A stretch of 64,000 nucleotides of DNA. It comes from an uncultured Thomasclavelia sp. Its GTDB lineage: Bacteria > Bacillota_I > Bacilli_A > Erysipelotrichales > Coprobacillaceae. Made by a program: the position numbers and the translations under genes. The stretch lies in the NCBI RefSeq assembly GCF_944324745.1, contig NZ_CALUXO010000002.1:7273-71272 (forward strand). The letters are read 5' to 3'. The notes beneath the pieces were generated by a model that had not been told where the DNA came from, searched no databases, and saw nothing but the letters and a program-made list of their open reading frames with translations. Shown piece by piece: positions 27,667 to 35,504 of the stretch. Within the stretch, counting starts at the first letter, position 1, and each line of letters begins with the position of its first letter.

Positions 27667-28374
27667 TTATTTGATGAATTGATAAAACTTATCAACATCA
27701 TAATTGACAATTAATTTTTTAGGAAAATTAATTTCCGTGATAATACTTTCGATTTGATCAAAATTCATGACATCAAAATGAATATGAGCATCACTACCGA
27801 AAATAACCGGTACTTGACAACGATGGCATAGTCTTAACATCTCAATTACATTTTCTCGAGAATGCAAACGTGAATTACTTCTTAAAGCATTATTATTAAC
27901 TTCTAATAGAGTATGATAGTTCTTAGCAGCCAAAACTACTTTTTCATAATCTAAAGGACAATAACCATCGTCAGGATGAACAATGACACTAATATGGGGA
28001 TTTTTGATGGTTTCAATAACTGCATGGGTGTTTTGTTCAATCGTTCCGGGTTGATAACAATGAAAATGAATTCCAGCCATACAATAATCAACATACTGAT
28101 ACAAATTTTCATCAATACTCAATTTACCATCATGATCTAAAATATTTATTTCAATTCCTAAAATAAGATCTAGACCATTAAAATTTCGTGGTACGACATG
28201 ATAATTTTTAAAATAAATTGGATCACAAGTTCCCGGAATTCCAACATCATGTTCTACAATTCCTAATAGTTTCAACTCTTTATTTTTAGCTTCAGCTACT
28301 AATTCACTAATAGTCGAATAAGCATGCCCACTGGCAATAGTATGCGTATGTACATCTAATTCATATTTTTCCAT
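27667..28374 (-). CDS. PHP-domain phosphatase (YcdX-like)
   Basis: DVHTHTIASGHAYS N-terminal His cluster with further His/Asp motifs (GIVEHD, AGIHFH, GSDAHI); 235 aa. Confidence 0.8.
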   Translation of the reverse strand: MEKYELDVHTHTIASGHAYSTISELVAEAKNKELKLLGIVEHDVGIPGTCDPIYFKNYHVVPRNFNGLDLILGIEINILDHDGKLSIDENLYQYVDYCMAGIHFHCYQPGTIEQNTHAVIETIKNPHISVIVHPDDGYCPLDYEKVVLAAKNYHTLLEVNNNALRSNSRLHSRENVIEMLRLCHRCQVPVIFGSDAHIHFDVMNFDQIESIITEINFPKKLIVNYDVDKFYQFIK

Positions 28375-28461
28375 TTTAGCCTCCGTTTTAAATAATCTAA
28401 TTAAGATTAATTATATGCCAATCAGCTATTTTTGCAACCAAAAAAAGAGACTGAAATCTCT

Positions 28462-29280
28462 TTAAAATACTGTAAAAATAATTAGACTGAATAACGCAAT
28501 TGATGCTGCAGGTGCATCGACATGACTGTCTAATTCAGTATTAAAATAAGTATTAAAAATAATGAAAAATAATTGTGCTAAAACCCCAAAAATAGCACTG
28601 ATCAATAATGAACCGGTAGCCATCATCGCATATCCCGCTATTAATGTCGTATGATGAGTAGCCGGAAAATCCGGAGTAGCGAAAACAAAAATCAAACTTA
28701 AGGCACTTAAAGAAAATCCGATGCTGGAAACATTAGTATCAGCAACAAAATACGCTGTAACTAACGATAGTGCCAAAGCAAAGATTATTTGAAATCCCCA
28801 AAAATTGAGCTGATCAAGTTTGAAAAGTGACTCTTCTGGATGATGGATATATTTCTTGGTCCCAAATAAGACCCGAATCAAAACGTTGACTGAAAGTACC
28901 ACTAAAGCTCCAATATCAATTGGAAACTGCCAGGCTGTAAACAAAGAAAACAACCCATATCCTAACAAGCCAAAAATACCACCAATAATTAAAACTAGCC
29001 AATCACCAGTAAAATATAAAGATCGATTCCCATTAGCACCATTAATATCATGATGACGAATATTAGCTGCAAAAGCCAATCCTGCTATGGCCCCATTGAA
29101 ACAAACACAAGGCATAAATAATAAATTTAATACCTGATTTGTCAAAACAACAGTATTAGCTCCTGAAGCATCTAAGATAATAACGATCAATCCAACCAAC
29201 CCAGTAATTACAAATGAAGCTGTCCCACCTATCATTGTACCTAGAATTCCCGATATAAAAGCAAGCAAATAATTGGTCAT
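28462..29280 (-). CDS. Polytopic membrane protein, function unknown
   Basis: 272 aa with about 8 hydrophobic segments. It has its own SD (GGAGAAGGAGAG) and an extended -10 (TGTTATAAT) upstream. Confidence 0.5.
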   Translation of the reverse strand: MTNYLLAFISGILGTMIGGTASFVITGLVGLIVIILDASGANTVVLTNQVLNLLFMPCVCFNGAIAGLAFAANIRHHDINGANGNRSLYFTGDWLVLIIGGIFGLLGYGLFSLFTAWQFPIDIGALVVLSVNVLIRVLFGTKKYIHHPEESLFKLDQLNFWGFQIIFALALSLVTAYFVADTNVSSIGFSLSALSLIFVFATPDFPATHHTTLIAGYAMMATGSLLISAIFGVLAQLFFIIFNTYFNTELDSHVDAPAASIALFSLIIFTVF

Positions 29281-29378
29281 CTCGTCTCTCCTTCTCCATT
29301 TTTATTTGGCTTTTAATATCTTTATTATAACATTGATTTTTTGTGATTAATAGACAAAAAATACGATAAAATCACATA

Positions 29379-29402
29379 AAATCAGGATATTATTCCTGAT
29401 TT
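29379..29402 (-). terminator. Rho-independent terminator after the DUF975-like gene
   Basis: Minus-sense AAATCAGGA-ATAATA-TCCTGATTT followed by TATGTGATTTTAT. Confidence 0.55.
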
Positions 29403-30955
29403 TACTCTTCGAGACTAATAAATTCCAAATTGGGATCTTTATGATTAAGCCGATAACTAATTTGAATAAAGGCTAAAACGATAAACGCTAAACCAACCAC
29501 TAAATCTTCAATAATTATAATTGCAATATTACCATGGATAATAAATCCTGGTGTTATCATGATTGCTTCAAACAAACTAGATAACGATGCAATCTGCATA
29601 ATTTGAAAGCTCAAGCTAAAAAACTCCGCTAAAATTAATGCTATTACGCTCCAAAAACCACAGATTCCTAATCCGGTTTTTGAAAGTCGTTTAGATACAA
29701 TTTGATAACCTTTCAAAGCTAAAAATGCCATTAAATAACCACTCAAACGACCCAGAACTGTATATTGATAAGCTACGACCCAAACTACTGCTCCTAACAA
29801 GGATCCAATCATAGCTCCTAAAAAACCATAATAATATTTTTCATGAAAACTATCTTCATTACCACGTAATTGACTATAACATTCATGACAAATATTAATA
29901 ATCTTGCCATGATAGCGATAAAAGCTGGTTTCCCGTTGTAGATGACAATGACTGCAACCTGGTAAATAGTGGATTTTACGTATCGTTAACGTTAAATTTT
30001 TTAATAATTGGTAAACCTGATTAAAATCATGACCAGATAAAGTAACTTTAATCCGTCCATTACTATAATTAATAGCTTTGACACAGGTAATCTTATTTTC
30101 CAGCAATGAAAAATACTCATCAATTTTAATTCGATCATTACCAACCGCACTAACAGTAACCGATATATTTTCATTTAAAACTTTAATGACTACTGGATAA
30201 TCATTAAATAAACCAAAGATATAATTATCAATATGCTTTAAATGATTACAAATGGCAAATTCGCCAATATCATCATTAATCTGATGATCATTGATTTTAC
30301 AGGTACTTGATTGATGATCATCTAACTCTAGTAAAAAGCGATTATTAATCATTAATAAATATGGAAATATCCAAAAAAAGCCAATAAACATTGTCACAAC
30401 ACCTAAAATTACCCAGCCTAGAACACTTAACTTTAAAGTAAGTCTTTTTATCATTCTTTTAGCTGTCATCAATTCACAACTAGTTGTAAAAGCCGTTAAG
30501 ATTGACATTTCTGGATGATTAGCCAACAGATAAAGTGCCGGCATAAATTTTAAATAAATCAAAACTCCCGGGATGATAAATAAAAACAGCCCTAAAAAAC
30601 AAGCCAGCATGACAAGCCAAAAAGCAATTCCATGATAAAAATATGTTGTTAAATCTGCTTTCAATAATTTAAGACTAGCTTGTTTATTTACTATCAGTTC
30701 CCTTAGATAACAATATAACTGCATCGAAAAACCACCAACAAAAAGATAAGCAACTAAAATTATCGCCACAGCTATAAAATCAATAATTCCAACCAGCGAA
30801 GAAGTTTTTAAACTTAAAAGCCAGTAAAAAAACAGCATTAACGATACAATTAAACAGAAACTGACACCAAAAATTGCTAAACAAGCTTTCCAAATAGCCA
30901 ATCGTTGTTCACCAGCCATTTTCCAGGCCCATTTCTTTAATACTTTGCTATCCAT
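29402..30955 (-). CDS. Membrane protein with DUF975-like N-terminal region, embedded 4-Cys zinc-ribbon-like soluble domain and C-terminal TM bundle
   Basis: 517 aa. The N-terminal half is multi-TM. The central soluble stretch contains CSHCH ... CHECY (CxxC-X22-CxxC). About 4 further TM helices follow. Confidence 0.55.
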   Translation of the reverse strand: MDSKVLKKWAWKMAGEQRLAIWKACLAIFGVSFCLIVSLMLFFYWLLSLKTSSLVGIIDFIAVAIILVAYLFVGGFSMQLYCYLRELIVNKQASLKLLKADLTTYFYHGIAFWLVMLACFLGLFLFIIPGVLIYLKFMPALYLLANHPEMSILTAFTTSCELMTAKRMIKRLTLKLSVLGWVILGVVTMFIGFFWIFPYLLMINNRFLLELDDHQSSTCKINDHQINDDIGEFAICNHLKHIDNYIFGLFNDYPVVIKVLNENISVTVSAVGNDRIKIDEYFSLLENKITCVKAINYSNGRIKVTLSGHDFNQVYQLLKNLTLTIRKIHYLPGCSHCHLQRETSFYRYHGKIINICHECYSQLRGNEDSFHEKYYYGFLGAMIGSLLGAVVWVVAYQYTVLGRLSGYLMAFLALKGYQIVSKRLSKTGLGICGFWSVIALILAEFFSLSFQIMQIASLSSLFEAIMITPGFIIHGNIAIIIIEDLVVGLAFIVLAFIQISYRLNHKDPNLEFISLEE

Positions 30956-31002
30956 AATTACACCTTACTTCCGATGATTCTATTATACCTTAATCCAATT
31001 AA

Positions 31003-32007
31003 CTATTCATTACTTTTTAACTGCCGTTTTACCCTAATTATTTCAATCAATACCATAATAACAATTGGTACAATAAAAACTCCCACAACGCCAAATAATT
31101 CAATTCCTAAATACATTCCAATCAATGATACAACTGGATTTAATCCTAGTTTACGAGCCATCAATCGTGGTTCTAAAATATTTTTAGTAATAATAACTAG
31201 TAAGTAAATAAACAGTAATCCTAATGCTAATGGAATCTTATTGGTAATGGCATTAATTATGATCCAGGGAACCATGATCATATCAATTCCTAAGATGGGA
31301 AAAAAATCAAAAACTGCAATTATACAGGCTAACATCATAGCTTGATCTAATCCAATAAGCAAAAAACCACAATACAGTTCCCCAAAAGTAACTATCATTA
31401 AAATAAAATATGTTTTAAACATATTGCTTAAAACCTCTTTAACGGTGGCAATTACTAACGAAACTAATTCAAAACGATTGATGAACTTAGTTTCCAGATA
31501 CTGATAATCAAGCAAAATAAATAATGAAGTAATAATTACAAACATTAAATCAAACATAAAGCTAGGTATTTTAATAATAAAATTAATGACCCAGTGGATA
31601 AAATTAGAAGAAATAGTTTCTACAACACTAATTGAACTGCTGTAGATAATATCTAAATATTTGCTTAAATCAATAATATAATGATTAGTGCTCAATAAAT
31701 AATATAAATTTTGCAAGTATCCCGGCATTAATTCTAAAATCTGATAAATTTGAATAACACAAAAGATAATTAATCCGATCATTATTAAAATAAGAATTAA
31801 ATAATTTAAGACGATGACTATTTTTTTTATAAATTGGTGATTGATTTTTAAAAATTCAATTTCACGATTTAATAACGGCTGAAAAACAGCAACTAATAAA
31901 CAACTAAAAAAAAGTGGTAATAACCAGTTAACTAATGCCCATACAACAGCTATGATAATTATAACTATCAATAAATAATATATATATTTAAGCAACTTAT
32001 CAATCAC
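31003..32007 (-). CDS. AI-2E/PerM-family transporter (YtvI-like)
   Basis: 334 aa polytopic protein. The C-terminal LGLNPVVSLIGMYLGIELFGVVGVFIVPI resembles the conserved AI-2E family C-terminal motif. Confidence 0.65.
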   Translation of the reverse strand: MIDKLLKYIYYLLIVIIIIAVVWALVNWLLPLFFSCLLVAVFQPLLNREIEFLKINHQFIKKIVIVLNYLILILIMIGLIIFCVIQIYQILELMPGYLQNLYYLLSTNHYIIDLSKYLDIIYSSSISVVETISSNFIHWVINFIIKIPSFMFDLMFVIITSLFILLDYQYLETKFINRFELVSLVIATVKEVLSNMFKTYFILMIVTFGELYCGFLLIGLDQAMMLACIIAVFDFFPILGIDMIMVPWIIINAITNKIPLALGLLFIYLLVIITKNILEPRLMARKLGLNPVVSLIGMYLGIELFGVVGVFIVPIVIMVLIEIIRVKRQLKSNE

Positions 32008-32054
32008 ACTATCACCATTAAATTATATGAATTAAAAGAATTCCTATGCCACCT

Positions 32055-33455
32055 TTAATTTACAACACTATGATGAACAACATATGAGCTGTTATCAATT
32101 CCTTTAAACTGATAACCCTTATTTTGATAATACTGAATTACTTGGCCTAAAGCCTTCAAGGTGTTTTCTTTACCATTAGCATCATGAAACAATAAAATAA
32201 TATTATTATCATTACTGGCCGTCGCATTTTTAACTAACTGTTTAACTGACAGTTCCCCAGAACCATCTTCACTATCTTCATTCCAATCATAATATTGATA
32301 ACCACGATTTAAAACTTCTTTAGTTAATTTAGTCATGATTTTATAACAATATTTTTTCGACACCTGATTACTGCTGCCACCTGGAAAACGTAAATATTTA
32401 GGAATGATTCCAATTTGACTATAGACCAGATCTTCAATTCGTTTTAAATCTGCAAAGTATGCGGAAGTAGAGTTATATATCTGATCATATTCATGAATAT
32501 AACTGTGTAAACCAATTGTATGCCCGGCATCATATGCTTCCTTGATCAAATAATAATATTCTTCATTTGTCCCAGTTACAAAAAAAGTTGCTTTAGCTCC
32601 ATAAACATCTAATATTTCCAGTACTTTGGAAGTATTTACTGAAGGACCATCGTCAAATGTTAGATAAACAACCTTTTCATCACTTTGAACATAACTGCCA
32701 ATCATCGTATCAGCCACGACAGAAACAATACAAGTTTCTTTAGTTATATTATTAGAACGATCTTTAGCATAATAAGTTACTTGATAATCACCAATCTTAC
32801 TAACATCTAAATTAGAACTGTCAATCGTTAATACAGGATTGTCATCTTGATTATCACTAACACTAACACTTGACAACAAATCAATATCACTATCTTTTAA
32901 AACCGATAAATTTCTAATACCATTAATTATTGGTGCCTCATTATCTTCAGGCAAAACATGGACAACACTTTGTTTAGTAGTGCATTTATTCTCACGACAA
33001 ATTTCTAATTCAACTGGATAATCACCAACTTGATCAAATTGATAATCTTCTTTAAAACGAACTTTAGTTCTTTGTTTATTATAATAATTTTTGATTAGAT
33101 CACTGGCATCAATTGCCATATTTAAATCTATTGTCAATTCCTGAACTTCTAAATCAATATCCAAAGTATCTTGCAGTTTTATTGTGATTGTCGTTTCAAT
33201 ATTATTATAACGATATGTTAGTGGATAAGTACCAGGTTGACTAAAATCAATTTTACTTGTATCAACATTAACATCTTCAATCGAACCACCAATTACAGCC
33301 TTGATGTTTTGATAGGGATCAAACTTTTCGGAAATTTCTACCACCAGATAATAACTTGATAAAATAATTGGGTTAGTGGGAAAAATTTGTAAGATCAAAA
33401 TAGAAACTAATAATACCAGGATAATTATCCATAAATATAAATGTTTCAACTTCAT
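32055..33455 (-). CDS. Membrane-anchored polysaccharide deacetylase (NodB homology domain) with N-terminal Ig-like repeats
   Basis: N-terminal TM anchor, repeated beta-rich modules, then VVYLTFDDGPS (NodB motif 1), LHSYIHE, RFPGGS and LFHD. Confidence 0.8.
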   Translation of the reverse strand: MKLKHLYLWIIILVLLVSILILQIFPTNPIILSSYYLVVEISEKFDPYQNIKAVIGGSIEDVNVDTSKIDFSQPGTYPLTYRYNNIETTITIKLQDTLDIDLEVQELTIDLNMAIDASDLIKNYYNKQRTKVRFKEDYQFDQVGDYPVELEICRENKCTTKQSVVHVLPEDNEAPIINGIRNLSVLKDSDIDLLSSVSVSDNQDDNPVLTIDSSNLDVSKIGDYQVTYYAKDRSNNITKETCIVSVVADTMIGSYVQSDEKVVYLTFDDGPSVNTSKVLEILDVYGAKATFFVTGTNEEYYYLIKEAYDAGHTIGLHSYIHEYDQIYNSTSAYFADLKRIEDLVYSQIGIIPKYLRFPGGSSNQVSKKYCYKIMTKLTKEVLNRGYQYYDWNEDSEDGSGELSVKQLVKNATASNDNNIILLFHDANGKENTLKALGQVIQYYQNKGYQFKGIDNSSYVVHHSVVN

Positions 33456-33510
33456 CCCCTCATCAAAACATATTCATCATCATCAAAAAAAGAACGTAAT
33501 TAAGCAAAAG

Positions 33511-33536
33511 AAAAGCAGTGATTGCTCACTGCTTTT
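33511..33536 (-). terminator. Rho-independent terminator after the P-loop protein gene
   Basis: Minus-sense AAAAGCAGTGA-GCAA-TCACTGCTTTT followed by CTTTTGCTT. Confidence 0.65.
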
Positions 33537-35289
33537 ACTCATCTTCTAATTGTTTTAATTCTTTTTCACCAGTAATATATTTTAATATTTCAACAGCTGC
33601 TTCTTGAGGTCCACGGTGTTCATAACCTTTAATACCAAGTCTAGTTCTTAATTGACCAACTTTAATTCCTTGTTTAAACATCCGGTTGAAATAATTAACT
33701 AATAAAATTTCTGTTTGTTCTTGACGTTGTACTGGTCCAAATGGATTGGCAAAGAAACTTCCAACTAATCCATATTCAGTTGTTGTTCCTTTTGACATTC
33801 GATTACCCGCTCTAAATACTTCTAAAGCACTATCAACGTTATCAAAGAAGTGTAAAGCATCTCCACCTTCTTCATAGTTATTAGCATATAAGAACATATC
33901 AACATCATGAGGTGCTACAACATCTTTATAGTCCGTAATTGGAATTACGATTCGAGCATTAACTTTATCAGGATTCATGAAAACTGAACGGTCTAATTCT
34001 TTGAAACTATAACCAGCATCTAAGTCGTCTAAACGAACAAAAGCCCCGATTTCAGTTCCTGATGTTTTGATTGTACCATTATCATCTAAATATAAAACAC
34101 CCATATCATCATAGACAGTAACTAAATCACGAATATATGCGGCACCAAATACTTTGATTTGTTCAATTGTTTCTGATTTACCAGCACCACTGTCACCCAT
34201 AACAACAATATTTTTAACTTCACCTGAGTGTAAAGTAATTTGAACCATTGCACCATGAACTGGTAATTGACGTTGATTGATTTTACGAACATTGTGTAAT
34301 GTTAACATCATTTTTTTCATGTATCCAAAATAATCAAAGTCATCATTAGCTGAAAGTAAAGCTACCATCATATCATTTTCATCATCTTGATAGAATGATT
34401 GATTCTTTTCACCATCTTCATAACCATAGACATAAATAATATCTGGTTTACGATTACGGAATTCTTCTTCACTAGCTAATTCAAATAAGTTACATAATGC
34501 AACCCCTTGAGCCATGAAAGCCACATTAAAATAAACAAATGCTAATAAGTTTCCTACTTTTGCAGGATAACAGAACCATTGTTCTGAATCAAATTTTAAA
34601 TCCTCAATTGGATTATGTTTTATTTCTGGGAATATACCATCACGTTTATTACGTTTTGAATAAGTAATAAATGGTGGATGGATAATAACAGTTTCAATAA
34701 ATGGAATATCGTCTAAATTACGATATTCATAAGGTAAAAATGAACGCATATTAGTTACTCTTAAACCAGCATTAACACCGGCTGTAATTTGTCGATAAAC
34801 ATGATGACGATAACCTAATGCAGTTTCTTCAATAGTACGATAAACAGATAGTACCAATTCTTCAAACTTAGCTTGCGCATCAGCAAATTGAACATTTTGA
34901 TAACCGCGACTAGTAGTTTCATTGTAAACTACGCTATAACGTTGTAATTTACGCCAAAACAAATATACTTCTTCAATAACCTTAACAAATTCATCACGAT
35001 CTCTAAAATATCCGACAAAATGTGGATATGAAGCTTCAACTTCTTCAATCGGCATTACTAACAATAATTTAAAAATAGTTCTTAAGTCTTTAACGATATC
35101 AACTGTTTCAGTCTTAACTTCTTTTAAATAAGTATAAATCGTATTTTCTTTTCTTTTACACTCATTAACAAAACCACGTAATACTCTTGCAAAAGATTCA
35201 CTTTCAATCAATTGACAACGTGATTGACAGTATTCTTCAGAAAAGTTCAAAATCGCATTACCACGAACAATTTTAAATTTATATGACAT
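33535..35289 (-). CDS. Uncharacterised 584-aa protein with a C-terminal HPr-kinase/PEPCK-like P-loop
   Basis: LPVHGAMVQI ... VVMGDSGAGKSETIEQIK resembles the HprK (GxSGxGKSE) and PEPCK kinase-1a region. I recognise nothing in the N-terminal 330 aa. Confidence 0.6.
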   Translation of the reverse strand: MSYKFKIVRGNAILNFSEEYCQSRCQLIESESFARVLRGFVNECKRKENTIYTYLKEVKTETVDIVKDLRTIFKLLLVMPIEEVEASYPHFVGYFRDRDEFVKVIEEVYLFWRKLQRYSVVYNETTSRGYQNVQFADAQAKFEELVLSVYRTIEETALGYRHHVYRQITAGVNAGLRVTNMRSFLPYEYRNLDDIPFIETVIIHPPFITYSKRNKRDGIFPEIKHNPIEDLKFDSEQWFCYPAKVGNLLAFVYFNVAFMAQGVALCNLFELASEEEFRNRKPDIIYVYGYEDGEKNQSFYQDDENDMMVALLSANDDFDYFGYMKKMMLTLHNVRKINQRQLPVHGAMVQITLHSGEVKNIVVMGDSGAGKSETIEQIKVFGAAYIRDLVTVYDDMGVLYLDDNGTIKTSGTEIGAFVRLDDLDAGYSFKELDRSVFMNPDKVNARIVIPITDYKDVVAPHDVDMFLYANNYEEGGDALHFFDNVDSALEVFRAGNRMSKGTTTEYGLVGSFFANPFGPVQRQEQTEILLVNYFNRMFKQGIKVGQLRTRLGIKGYEHRGPQEAAVEILKYITGEKELKQLEDE

Positions 35290-35307
35290 CTTATCACCCT
35301 TTCTTTA

Positions 35308-35372
35308 TCAATAAGTATATCCCCCACTTATTGATTTGTGTCATTTTACCATAAAAATGATATTGTATACAA
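35308..35372 (-). promoter_or_regulatory. Promoter plus 5'-proximal hairpin of the P-loop protein gene
   Basis: Minus-sense TTGTAT (35372..35367), an 18 nt spacer, then TGGTAAAAT extended -10 (35351..35343). Then TCAATAAGT-GGGGGATAT-ACTTATTGA (35334..35308), directly before the SD AAAGGGTGA. Confidence 0.4.
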
Positions 35373-35403
35373 CCTTTATTTCTAAAAAAATTAACTTTTT
35401 ATC

Positions 35404-35429
35404 GTAAAAATAAAGAATAGCTATTCTTT
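35404..35429 (-). terminator. Terminator after the LRR surface-protein (pseudo)gene
   Basis: 18 bp palindrome AAAGAATAGCTATTCTTT, followed on the minus strand by ATTTTTAC. Confidence 0.5.
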
Positions 35430-35504
35430 ATATAATATAGCTATCCCTTAATTCAACACTATAAAATTTACTTTGTATTTATCTACCTTTTTTATTTCCG
35501 GTCA

